DNA of 64,000 bases from an uncultured bacterium (GTDB taxonomy: Bacteria > Patescibacteriota > Minisyncoccia > Phycocordibacterales > GWA1-40-21): NCBI GenBank assembly GCA_963804975.1, contig CAWDSG010000002.1:208991-272990 (forward strand). The letters are read 5' to 3'. Each line of letters opens with the position of its first letter. The stretch's first letter is position 1. The translations under genes and the position numbers were made by a program. The notes below the pieces were generated by a model, which had not been told where the DNA came from, ran no database searches, and was given only the letters and a program-made list of their open reading frames with translations. Shown one piece after another: positions 54,514-63,892 of the stretch.

Positions 54514-57204
54514 ATGAAAACAACATTTAACGAAAAGTCACCAAAAATCATTGTAAAAGGGGCGAGAACTCACAATCTTAAGAATATTACTGTTGAGATG
54601 CCTCGCAATAAGATGATCGCCATTACAGGGATTTCCGGCTCAGGGAAGTCGTCTTTTGCATTTGACACTATTTTTGCCGAAGGCCAGAGGCGATATGTTG
54701 AATCGCTTTCTTCTTATGCAAGGCAATTTTTGCATCAGATGCAGAAGCCGGATGTGGACGAAATAGTCGGGCTTTCGCCTGCAATTTCAATAGACCAAAA
54801 ATCCCGTTCAAACAATCCTCGTTCAACCGTGGCGACTATCACGGAAATTTACGATTATTTGAGAATTTTATATGCAAGAATCGGCAAACCGCACTGCCTT
54901 GTCTGCGGACGCGAAATTAAAAAACTTTCAAAAGAGGAAATTTTGGAAACAATTATTCATACTGTTACGCATATCAAATCTCCGCAGAAATCCAAAGAAG
55001 TGCTCGGGGTGAAAGTAACAAGCGACCCCGGTGAAGTAAAAAACGCACTACTTCACGGGGCAAGCAAGATCAGAATTTTTTCTCCGGTTGTTGTCGGCAG
55101 AAAAGGGGAGTACTACCAGCTTCTTTACGATTTGATAGAAAAGGGCTATGAATACGTAAAAATAGACGGCGAGCTTAAAAAGCTCCGCAACCAGATAATT
55201 CTCGCCAAAAACAAAAAGCACGATATTGATGTGCTTGTTGATGAATTTTACATAAGCGAGTTTATTTTGACAAAAACTGGCACAAGCAAGGCAGTTGAAG
55301 CGGATAGGCAAAGATTTGAAAATGTAAAAACCCGACTTTCAGACGCGGTGGAAAAAGCCATTGAGGAATCAAAAGGGCTTTTGAAAATTGAAACGCCTGA
55401 AGACCTGCCTACCGGCCAGGCAGGAACCAAAATGATCTCCGTTAAATTTATGTGCCCTTACGATGGCTATTCATATCCAGAAATAGAACCGCGGCTTTTT
55501 TCATTCAATTCGCCATATGGCGCATGTCTAACTTGCCACGGCCTCGGCACAAAAGATTTTTGGACTGACGAACCTTGCGAAACGTGTCATGGCAAGAGAT
55601 TGCGAGAAGAAGCGCTGCATGTACTTATTGGAGATATAAATATCGTGGAATATACCGCTAAATCAATCGGAGATGCGAAAAATTTTATGGAAAATCTGAA
55701 ATTGACCGAGCTTGAACAGGAAATTTCCCGGGTAATTCTGAAAGAAATTGACTCACGGCTCCAATTTATGATGGATGTCGGCATTGAATATCTTTCGCTT
55801 GATAGACGGGCAAATACTCTTTCAAACGGCGAAGCGCAAAGAATCCGCCTTGCTTCGCAGCTCGGCTCCGGCCTTGTCGGCGCTCTTTATGTGCTGGATG
55901 AACCGACAATCGGCTTGCATCAGAGAGACAACGACAAGCTTATAAAAACATTGATAAATCTGCGCGATCTGGGAAATACGATTCTTGTGGTTGAACACGA
56001 CGAAGATACGATGTTTGCTTCGGATTATATCGTTGATATCGGTCCCGGTGCCGGAGTGCACGGAGGAAAAGTCGTTGTTTCCGGATATATGGACGAGCTT
56101 TTGACCGCGAAAGAAAATAAATCCGGTTCAATCACGCTTGATTATCTTCGCGGTGATATGAAAATTGAAATGCCGAAAAAAAGACGCGATCAAGACAAGG
56201 GAAAAATAAAAGTGCGAGGCGGAAAAATTTTCAATATAAAAAATATGAATGTTGAAGTGCCGCTTGGAAAATTTGTGACTATCACGGGAGTGTCCGGCTC
56301 GGGAAAGTCATCTCTGGTATATGAGATTTTGCACAAAAACCTGCGGGCACGGCTTGAAAGAAAATTTCGCAACGCAAATACTTACAATTGCGAGTCATTT
56401 GCCGGCTCGGAATATGTTTCAAGGACGATTATGATAGACCAGTCGCCGATAGGAAGGACTCCTCGTTCAAATCCGGCAACTTATATCGGTGCGTGGACTT
56501 TTATCCGCGATATGTTTGCTATGACGGCGATGGCGCGAGAAAGAGGCTGGGGAGCAAACAGATTTTCATTTAACGTAAAAGGCGGAAGATGCGAAGCATG
56601 CCAAGGAAACGGAACGATTGAAGTGGAAATGCACTTTTTGCCGACGATTTATGTGCCGTGCGACATTTGCCATGGAAAAAGATTTACCAAGGAGACATTG
56701 GAAGTGAAATACAAAGGGAAAAATGTCCATCAAGTGCTTGAAATGACTGCAGAGGAAGCTTTGGAATTTTTTGCCGATTTGCCGGCGGTTTACGACAGGT
56801 TGAAATGCGTGAATGAAGTCGGACTTGGATATTTGAAACTCGGGCAATCTGCCACGACGCTTTCCGGCGGAGAAGCGCAGAGAGTGAAAATCGCTTCGGA
56901 ACTTTACAGGCCGGATTTGCACAAGACAATTTATTTTTTGGACGAGCCGACAATCGGGCTTCATTACGAAGATGTAAAAAAACTTATTGAAATTTTACAG
57001 AAGCTTGTTGATAACGGAAATACTGTCGTAGTTATTGAGCACAATATGGATCTGATAAAAAATTCCGATTATGTGATAGATATCGGGCCGGAAGGCGGAG
57101 ACAGGGGCGGGGAAATTGTCGCCAAAGGGACGCCGGAGAGTGTAGCGGAAAATGAAAAGAGTTATACTGGTAAATATTTGAAGAGAATTTTGAAGAGAAA
57201 ATAG
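54514..57204 (+). CDS. uvrA: excinuclease ABC subunit A
   Basis: '[14 protein letters not shown]', two ABC modules (GISGSGKSS..., GVSGSGKSS...), zinc fingers; the track start TTG at 54502, and the ATG at 54514 aligns with the canonical UvrA N-terminus; in-frame 23-nt element at 55402-55424. Confidence 0.95.
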   Translation: MKTTFNEKSPKIIVKGARTHNLKNITVEMPRNKMIAITGISGSGKSSFAFDTIFAEGQRRYVESLSSYARQFLHQMQKPDVDEIVGLSPAISIDQKSRSNNPRSTVATITEIYDYLRILYARIGKPHCLVCGREIKKLSKEEILETIIHTVTHIKSPQKSKEVLGVKVTSDPGEVKNALLHGASKIRIFSPVVVGRKGEYYQLLYDLIEKGYEYVKIDGELKKLRNQIILAKNKKHDIDVLVDEFYISEFILTKTGTSKAVEADRQRFENVKTRLSDAVEKAIEESKGLLKIETPEDLPTGQAGTKMISVKFMCPYDGYSYPEIEPRLFSFNSPYGACLTCHGLGTKDFWTDEPCETCHGKRLREEALHVLIGDINIVEYTAKSIGDAKNFMENLKLTELEQEISRVILKEIDSRLQFMMDVGIEYLSLDRRANTLSNGEAQRIRLASQLGSGLVGALYVLDEPTIGLHQRDNDKLIKTLINLRDLGNTILVVEHDEDTMFASDYIVDIGPGAGVHGGKVVVSGYMDELLTAKENKSGSITLDYLRGDMKIEMPKKRRDQDKGKIKVRGGKIFNIKNMNVEVPLGKFVTITGVSGSGKSSLVYEILHKNLRARLERKFRNANTYNCESFAGSEYVSRTIMIDQSPIGRTPRSNPATYIGAWTFIRDMFAMTAMARERGWGANRFSFNVKGGRCEACQGNGTIEVEMHFLPTIYVPCDICHGKRFTKETLEVKYKGKNVHQVLEMTAEEALEFFADLPAVYDRLKCVNEVGLGYLKLGQSATTLSGGEAQRVKIASELYRPDLHKTIYFLDEPTIGLHYEDVKKLIEILQKLVDNGNTVVVIEHNMDLIKNSDYVIDIGPEGGDRGGEIVAKGTPESVAENEKSYTGKYLKRILKRK
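55402..55424 (+). repeat. in-frame palindromic 23-nt element (DLPTGQAG) in uvrA
   Basis: gacctgcctaccggccaggcagg. Confidence 0.9.
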
Positions 57205-57208
57205 GAAA

Positions 57209-58426
57209 ATGAACAGTCAATATCTGAAAAAAATAAAATTGCCTAACAGTCCGGGAATATACATCTTTAAAAAAGATAGGCGAATTCTTTATATTGGAAA
57301 AGCGACATTGCTTAAAGACAGAGTGAGAAGCTATTTTGCTAATGATTTGATTACGACTCGCGGACCTGTAATCGTTGACATGGTTTTTAAGGCAAACAAA
57401 ATTGATTTTATAAAAACCGATTCCGTGCTTGAAGCCCTGATACTTGAGAGCAATCTGATAAAAAAGTATCAGCCAAAATACAATACAATTGATAAGGATG
57501 ATAGAAGCTATAACTATGCGGTGATTACAAAAGAAGATTTTCCGAGAGTTTTAGTTATCCGCGGAAAAGAATCGTTTGGCGGGAAAAGGTTCAACCTTGA
57601 GGAGCCAAAACTTTCAAAAATTTTCGGGCCTTTTGTTAACGGAACACAGCTCAAAGAAGCATTAAAAATTATCCGCAAAATTTTCCCATTTATTGATAAT
57701 TATTCGGAAAAGAAAACCGGATACAAATTTTACAGGGAAATCGGACTTGCGCCGGAAGTCGGCAGTGCCGAAGCGAAAAAAGATTATGAAAAAACGATCA
57801 GGAATATAAAACTGTTTTTTGAAGGTAAAAAAACAAGCATTATTAAAAACCTGAAAGGAGAAATGAAAGGCCTTGCCAAAAATCAGGAATTTGAAAAAGC
57901 CGATAAGGCGAAAAGAACCATTTTTGCTTTAAATCATATCCAAGATATTGCATTACTTAAAGACGAAAGTAAAAAGTTTGATATTGAAAACGGATTTCGC
58001 ATTGAAGCGTATGATGTGGCGCATACGAGCGGGACAAATACGGTTGGAGTTATGACGGTGATTGAAAACAGGAAAATAAACAAGAATGAATACAGAAAGT
58101 TCAAGATAAACAACAGCATTCGGAATGATATTGCCGCTCTTGAAGAAATATTAGAAAGACGGCTTAAACACACGGAATGGAAATTCCCGGATATAATCGT
58201 AGTTGACGGGGGAATCGCGCAGAAAAATATCGCTGAAAAAATCATAAGAAAATCCGGTCTGAAAATTGATGTGATAGCTGTCATAAAAAACGAAGCACAT
58301 AAACCAAAAAATATTCAGGGGAAATCAGATATTTTGGATAAATACAAAAACGAAATTATTCTTGCAAACAGCGAAGCGCACAGGTTCGCGATAAGTTATC
58401 ACAGAAATATCAGGGATAAATTTTAG
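57209..58426 (+). CDS. uvrC: excinuclease ABC subunit C lacking the C-terminal (HhH)2 domain
   Basis: GIY-YIG ('PGIYIFKK...ILYIGKA'), UVR motif, RNase-H-like endonuclease region ('AYDVAHTSGTN', 'IVVDGGIAQ'); ends before the helix-hairpin-helix pair. Confidence 0.75.
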   Translation: MNSQYLKKIKLPNSPGIYIFKKDRRILYIGKATLLKDRVRSYFANDLITTRGPVIVDMVFKANKIDFIKTDSVLEALILESNLIKKYQPKYNTIDKDDRSYNYAVITKEDFPRVLVIRGKESFGGKRFNLEEPKLSKIFGPFVNGTQLKEALKIIRKIFPFIDNYSEKKTGYKFYREIGLAPEVGSAEAKKDYEKTIRNIKLFFEGKKTSIIKNLKGEMKGLAKNQEFEKADKAKRTIFALNHIQDIALLKDESKKFDIENGFRIEAYDVAHTSGTNTVGVMTVIENRKINKNEYRKFKINNSIRNDIAALEEILERRLKHTEWKFPDIIVVDGGIAQKNIAEKIIRKSGLKIDVIAVIKNEAHKPKNIQGKSDILDKYKNEIILANSEAHRFAISYHRNIRDKF

Positions 58427-58491
58427 ATATTGACAAATTTTCATATTTTTGATATAAAGATAATAGAATTAAAAAACCACGGAGGTGGAAA

Positions 58492-58713
58492 ATGAAAATA
58501 TATGTTTTAAACGGGATAGTCACAATCGCAATCGGATTGGGTGAAAAAAATCGTTTGATCATGGACCATTTTTGTTTCATCCATTTGTCTGCCCATAAAG
58601 AACCACCAAAAGAATGTGTTGTTGTCTGTGCTGAGGGAAATTTTTCAATGAAAGTCCGCTTGGTAGGTTTGGTTCGGGGCAGTACCTCAACATGGAAATA
58701 TGCACCTTGTTGA
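58492..58713 (+). CDS. hypothetical small protein
   Basis: 73 aa; GGAGGTGG RBS; TTGACA-17-TATAAA promoter; terminator at ~58720-58760. Confidence 0.3.
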   Translation: MKIYVLNGIVTIAIGLGEKNRLIMDHFCFIHLSAHKEPPKECVVVCAEGNFSMKVRLVGLVRGSTSTWKYAPC

Positions 58714-58887
58714 GATTGATTCAGCGGTACCCGCCGGGCGAAAATGTCCGGCGGTTTTTTTATCATTTATTCTTACTGATAAAGAAGCAATTAAATCAGT
58801 TTGACAAAAAAATATTTTAACGTATTATAAAATAAATTGTTGTTTTAATTTTTTCTTTTGTCATAATCTCTGCGGAAAGGGGGAGGC

Positions 58888-59187
58888 ATGATCTGTTCAG
58901 ATTCAGATTGCAAATTCGAAGAGGGTTTGGACAAATGCGCCAAATGCGTTGAGTACGAATTGTTTTTAATGATTCATTCCATACCGGAGAGCGAGTTTCA
59001 GATATTATTTAACGCCAGTGATCATAGCAATTCAAACAGCGATGATATATATACGGCCATAACAAAGATACTTATTGATGGAGCAAAGCGTATGAAAAAA
59101 TCTCTTCCTGAAACAATAAGGAGAATTAAATCAGAAGGAACCCTGGGTTCTATTTTGGAAAATGAACTTAAAAAGAATCGGAGGTGA
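58888..59187 (+). CDS. hypothetical small cysteine-containing protein
   Basis: 99 aa; GGGGGAGG RBS; 'CSDSDCKFEEGLDKCAKC' N-terminus. Confidence 0.3.
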   Translation: MICSDSDCKFEEGLDKCAKCVEYELFLMIHSIPESEFQILFNASDHSNSNSDDIYTAITKILIDGAKRMKKSLPETIRRIKSEGTLGSILENELKKNRR

Positions 59188-59251
59188 AAACGCCGTCAGA
59201 ATCATGGCGGCTTTTACTTTTTTATATTTTTATAAATGATATAATTTAGGA

Positions 59252-60220
59252 ATGCACAGAATCAAAGTTGCGGTGCTGCGGGGCGGACCAAGCTCAGAAA
59301 GCGAAATTTCCTGGAAGACAGGGAAGAATGTTTTGAATAATCTGCCGGACAAATATATTCCGACGGATGTTTTTATTTCAAAAAAAGGAGAATGGCTGGT
59401 GGAAGGCGCCAAGGTTTCTCCGCAGAAGATTTTTCAAAGCAATGATGTTGTTTTCAACGCGCTTCACGGAGAATATGGCGAGGACGGCAAACTTCAGCAA
59501 TTGCTTGACTATTCTCAAATTAAATACACTGGTTCAGGCGCACTTGCCTCGGCGCTTGCTATGAACAAGCTGATGGCAAAAGAGATTTTCAAGACCGCCG
59601 AAATGAAAACACCGGTCTTCAATGTCCTTAAAAAAGGAGAAATCACCCGCGACATAGCGCATAAACTTTTTAAAACTTTTCCCATGCCGGCCATAATAAA
59701 ACCGAACGGAAGCGGTTCGTCTTTCGGAGTATCGCTTGTGAAAACTTTGAAAGATATAATTCCGGCGATAGATAAAGCATTTAAATATGCTGATGTTGCA
59801 CTGATAGAAGAATTTATTCCGGGAAAAGAAGCGACCTGCGGAGTGGTGGAAAAATTCAAAGGAAAGAAATTATATCCTTTGCTGCCGATTGAGATTGTTG
59901 CGCAGAAAGGAAACGATTTTTTTGATTTTGGCGCGAAATATTCCGGCAAATCGAAAGAAATCTGTCCGGGAAATTTTTCCAAAAAAGAAAGCGAGATGAT
60001 ACAAAATATGGCAATAAAGGCGCACGAAGTGCTTGGTTTGAGGCATTATTCAAGATCTGATTTTATCGTCAATTCAAAAAGGGGAGTGTATATCCTTGAA
60101 ACGAATACTTTACCTGGACTGACAAATGAATCTCTGCTGCCGAAATCTTTGGAAGCCATCGGATGCACATTGCCGCAATTTCTGGATCATATTCTGACGC
60201 TGGCGCTTGAGAAGAAATAA
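59252..60220 (+). CDS. ddl: D-alanine--D-alanine ligase
   Basis: 'KVAVLRGGPSSESEIS', ATP-grasp core 'IIKPNGSGSSFGV', 'EICPG'. Confidence 0.9.
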   Translation: MHRIKVAVLRGGPSSESEISWKTGKNVLNNLPDKYIPTDVFISKKGEWLVEGAKVSPQKIFQSNDVVFNALHGEYGEDGKLQQLLDYSQIKYTGSGALASALAMNKLMAKEIFKTAEMKTPVFNVLKKGEITRDIAHKLFKTFPMPAIIKPNGSGSSFGVSLVKTLKDIIPAIDKAFKYADVALIEEFIPGKEATCGVVEKFKGKKLYPLLPIEIVAQKGNDFFDFGAKYSGKSKEICPGNFSKKESEMIQNMAIKAHEVLGLRHYSRSDFIVNSKRGVYILETNTLPGLTNESLLPKSLEAIGCTLPQFLDHILTLALEKK

Positions 60221-60260
60221 TTTGGAAAAACCTAGATAATATGTTATTCTGCCTCCTCAA

Positions 60261-60334
60261 GGGCCCGTAGTTCATCTGGCTAGAACGCCTCATTTGCAAT
60301 GAGGAGGTAAGCGGTTCAAGTCCGCTCGGGTCCA
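60261..60334 (+). tRNA. tRNA-Ala (anticodon TGC)
   Basis: Cloverleaf folded by hand: acceptor GGGCCCG/CGGGTCC with the G3:U70 AlaRS identity pair, anticodon loop TTTGCAA, T-arm AGCGG-TTCAAGT-CCGCT; the D-arm is atypical. Confidence 0.6.
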
Positions 60335-60451
60335 CTACGACTTTACAATAAATAGATTTTATTCTAATATGAAAAACAGATCGGTTTCAGTCAAATACTG
60401 GGCCGGTTCTTTGTTAAATAAGCTTTAAAATTCAAAAAAGGGCGGTGCCTA

Positions 60452-62434
60452 ATGGGAAAGACAGCTTTTCAAAAAATTATCGACTCGCATCTCTTGAGGA
60501 CACTGCCTGATGGCAGGATGGTTCTAAGGTTGGATTGGGTCTGGGGTCATGAGATTACGACTCCGAACGCAATTCTTGATGTGAAAGAGCGTGGTTGTGA
60601 TGTGGTTTTCAATCCGAACAGGGTGAAGACCATGATTGATCATGTAAACCCAGCAAAAGATAAACTTTCAGCGGTCCAGGGCAAATTACTTCGTGATTGG
60701 AGCAGGGAACACAACATTGAATTTCTCGAAGTCGGAAGAAACGGCGTCTGTCATGCCATCATTCCTGAAAAGGGATGGATTCTTCCGGGCCAGATCGGAA
60801 TCATGGGCGATAGCCATACTTGTACGCACGGCGCTTTCTGCGCCTTCACGGCAGGTGTCGGAACGACTGAACAAGAGATCGGCGTCATAACCGGCCTCTG
60901 GGTCTGTCCTCCGCAAAAGGTTATCCGAGTGAACTTTACTGGCAATTTGCCGCCAAATGTTTTCTCGAAAGATCTTATCCTCTATCTCATCAACAAGATC
61001 GGAGTCAATGGCGCGACGAACGCAGTGCTCGAATTCGGCGGTCCAGTCATCGAGAAGATGAGCATTCAAGCTCGTATGACCATGACCAACATGGCTGTCG
61101 AAGCCGGTGCAACCTCGGGAATGATGATGGTGGACGAAAGGACCATCACTTTTCCGGCGTATCGGGCTCTTTGCGACGAATATCGCAAGAAAGAAAAGTA
61201 CTACAACCACAAAGATTTGAGTGATCTTGTTGCCGCCCAATGGAATAGCGATTCTGACGCGGTCTATGACCAAGTCATCGACATCGATGTTTCTAATATG
61301 ATTCCGGTTGTGACCGACGGCTATTCTCCCGGTGATGTGAAGAAGGTATCAGAACTTACCGGAAAAAAAGTCAACCAGGTCTATATCGGTTCCTGCACGA
61401 ACGGCAGAATCGAGGATTTGCAGATTGTTGCCGAGATTTTCTCAAGGATGAAACGAAAAGTGGCGGACAGTGTCCGTTGCATCATCGTTCCCGCTACGCG
61501 ACATATATTCGAGATGGCACTCAAGGAAGGCCTCATTGCGGAGTTTGTCCAGGCCGGCTGTTATGTAAGCGGTCCAACTTGCGGAGCATGCCTCGGCATG
61601 AGTTGCGGGGTAATTGCTCCGGGAGAAGTTTGCGTTTCGACGACGAATCGCAATTTTCCCGGACGCATGGGCAAAGATGGGATGGTGCATCTGGTATCTC
61701 CAGCAACCGCGGCAATGACTGCGATTGAAGGATGTATTACGGAAGCAACGCCTGTTTTTTGCGGGGAAATTCTTGGGGATTATTCCGTACCATCCTTTGA
61801 TACCAATGAAACCGATGATAGGACGACTGATTGGAAGGATGTTTCATTTACTCCGCCAGTCTATAAGGACCTGCTCGAAAAGATCAGCGCCGGTAAGAAA
61901 AAAGATTTTTCCGGCGCAACAACCTTTTTGCCGGTGTCCAACGTAGACACCGACCAGATCATTCCAGCCAGGCACTTAACCGAAACCGACAAGGTTGAAC
62001 TCGGGAAACATTGTCTCGAGGACGTTCCAACCATTTCGGCTGAGGAAAGATCGAACCTCGGTTCGATTTTAGTGGCCGGAGAAAACTTTGGTTGCGGTTC
62101 GTCTCGTGAACACGCCCCTTGGGCGCTTGAAGCTGCTGGTATTCGGTGCGTCATTGCCCCGAGTTTCGCCCGCATCTTCGAGAACAATATGTTCGTGAAC
62201 GGATTGTTGTGCATCACTCTTCCGAAGGAGATCGTGCAGAAAATCTTCGATTCGAAAACGGGTCACATTGAGATCAACTGGGAGGAAGGTCTCGTCAAAT
62301 GGGGCAGTTCGGAGAATGAAGAAGCTAAGTTCATTCTTTCCGACTACCAGAAGGACTTGATCCGCGCCGGTGGAAGCTTGGGCGTAAGTTTGAAGTTTGC
62401 CGCCGAACTTCAAGAAGAAGGAAAACTGCAATAA
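60452..62434 (+). CDS. aconitase-superfamily hydro-lyase, fused large (LeuC-like) and small (LeuD-like) subunits
   Basis: Fe-S ligand motifs 'GSCTNGRIEDL' and 'CGACLGM', C-terminal swivel domain 'GENFGCGSSREHAPWAL'; the coding region is visibly GC-richer than the rest of the window. Confidence 0.8.
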   Translation: MGKTAFQKIIDSHLLRTLPDGRMVLRLDWVWGHEITTPNAILDVKERGCDVVFNPNRVKTMIDHVNPAKDKLSAVQGKLLRDWSREHNIEFLEVGRNGVCHAIIPEKGWILPGQIGIMGDSHTCTHGAFCAFTAGVGTTEQEIGVITGLWVCPPQKVIRVNFTGNLPPNVFSKDLILYLINKIGVNGATNAVLEFGGPVIEKMSIQARMTMTNMAVEAGATSGMMMVDERTITFPAYRALCDEYRKKEKYYNHKDLSDLVAAQWNSDSDAVYDQVIDIDVSNMIPVVTDGYSPGDVKKVSELTGKKVNQVYIGSCTNGRIEDLQIVAEIFSRMKRKVADSVRCIIVPATRHIFEMALKEGLIAEFVQAGCYVSGPTCGACLGMSCGVIAPGEVCVSTTNRNFPGRMGKDGMVHLVSPATAAMTAIEGCITEATPVFCGEILGDYSVPSFDTNETDDRTTDWKDVSFTPPVYKDLLEKISAGKKKDFSGATTFLPVSNVDTDQIIPARHLTETDKVELGKHCLEDVPTISAEERSNLGSILVAGENFGCGSSREHAPWALEAAGIRCVIAPSFARIFENNMFVNGLLCITLPKEIVQKIFDSKTGHIEINWEEGLVKWGSSENEEAKFILSDYQKDLIRAGGSLGVSLKFAAELQEEGKLQ

Positions 62435-62452
62435 AGCTTTTTAATCAGTACA

Positions 62453-62528
62453 GCGCCGCCCCTTAAAAAAGGACGGCGTTTTTTTATTAATAAAAAAACG
62501 CCGTCTCCGTTTCCGAAGGCGGCGTTTA
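62453..62528. terminator. pair of GC hairpins forming convergent terminators between the LeuCD-like and LeuB-like genes
   Basis: cgccgcccc..ggacggcg+T7 and A7+cgccgtctccgtttccgaaggcggcg. Confidence 0.65.
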
Positions 62529-62537
62529 TCCTCAACT

Positions 62538-63695
62538 TCACATAAAGGAACGGATTTTCTTTCCCATCTCGACAGTTCCGAGAAGCTTGTTCGCCTCAAA
62601 TTTGCCGGCGACCAAATCCGCAGTCCGGAAACCTTCCTCAAGAGTTGTCGAGACAGCTTGCTCAATCGCGTTCGCACCCTTGACCGCGCCAATATGCCGG
62701 AGCATCATCGCGCCAGTTAAAATGCGCCCGATCGGATTGGCTTTATCCAAACCTTTTAGGGTCGGGGCAGTGCCGGCGCCGCTTTCAAACATAGCGTCTC
62801 CAGTATCAGGATTGACGGCAGAACTGCACATCAGACCCATACTGCCGAAAATCTGGGCTGCTCCGTCCGAAACGATATCGCCGTGTTCGTTTCCGCATAT
62901 GATGACTCCATGGAGCAATTCCGGTTTGCACAAAAGCGCATTCGCGGAATCAACATACTGATGCCCAATGAATTTCACCTGCGGAAATTCTTCTTTTGCG
63001 ATTCGCGTAACGATTTTCCTCCAGAATTCGTAACGCGCCATCACATTGGCCTTGTCCACGGAAATTACCGGTAGTTCCGCCGTAACAGCATATTTAAATG
63101 CCGCTCTGACATACTTCTCGATCGTTGCCTTGCGGTAGTAGGCGATGTCCGAGACGATCTCTTCATTTCCCGTGACATCTTTCTTCATCATCATACCGAT
63201 TATCTTGCGAGTTTCCTCCGGAACATCATGAAAAAGATCGGCATTTCCGTAGTAGCTGTCCTCAAGCAAAAAACGAAGCCAGATTTGTCGGATGATCTTG
63301 TCCGGGATCAGTTCCGGTTTCAGCGCTGAGAGATGCTTGAGCTCAGGATACCAAATCAAGGGACGGAAGTTTTGCAACAATCCCATTCCTTTCCTGATCC
63401 TAAGCAAACTGCGAGGTTCCGGTTTCATTTCCGGTTCAATCTCGCCGATAGTATCGTCATATTTTGGATCTCCTACGCCGCCCGAGTAAAGTATCCCAAG
63501 CTCGGCGGCTTTTTCGTACGACTCGTCAGGGCAAGTATCGCTATACTTTTGGTAAGCGTTCCAACCCATCGGCGTATCCACGAATTCGACGTAGATGCCG
63601 TCCATTTCTGCCGCCTCAATTACAAGAGGACAAGCGACATCCATCATTTCCGGACCGGCACCATCTCCTCTTGCCAAAGCAATAAACTTTTTCAT
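62538..63695 (-). CDS. isopropylmalate/isocitrate/homoisocitrate dehydrogenase family protein
   Basis: 'IALARGDGAGPEMM' N-terminus and the beta-decarboxylating dehydrogenase fold motifs ('NEHGDIVSDGAAQIFGSMGL'); GGA-rich RBS; GC-rich. Confidence 0.8.
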   Translation of the reverse strand: MKKFIALARGDGAGPEMMDVACPLVIEAAEMDGIYVEFVDTPMGWNAYQKYSDTCPDESYEKAAELGILYSGGVGDPKYDDTIGEIEPEMKPEPRSLLRIRKGMGLLQNFRPLIWYPELKHLSALKPELIPDKIIRQIWLRFLLEDSYYGNADLFHDVPEETRKIIGMMMKKDVTGNEEIVSDIAYYRKATIEKYVRAAFKYAVTAELPVISVDKANVMARYEFWRKIVTRIAKEEFPQVKFIGHQYVDSANALLCKPELLHGVIICGNEHGDIVSDGAAQIFGSMGLMCSSAVNPDTGDAMFESGAGTAPTLKGLDKANPIGRILTGAMMLRHIGAVKGANAIEQAVSTTLEEGFRTADLVAGKFEANKLLGTVEMGKKIRSFM

Positions 63696-63819
63696 TTCCT
63701 TTTCCTTTCATTCATTTTTAATGAGCTAAAATTTCTTTACTTTTAAACTTTGTTCTAGGATTAAACTACAAAATAATAAGTAAATTGTCAATCCGCAACA
63801 GTGCGGATTTTAATGCTTG

Positions 63820-63892
63820 TGGACCGCACCGGGATCGAACCGGTCGCCTCATCCATGCCATGGATGCGCTCTACCAAATGAGCTAGCGGCCC
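63820..63892 (-). tRNA. tRNA-Ala (anticodon GGC)
   Basis: Reverse complement folds as acceptor GGGCCGC/GCGGTCC (G3:U70), D-arm TAGCTCATTTGGTAGAGC, anticodon loop ATGGCAT, T-arm ACCGG-TTCGATC-CCGGT. Confidence 0.8.
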
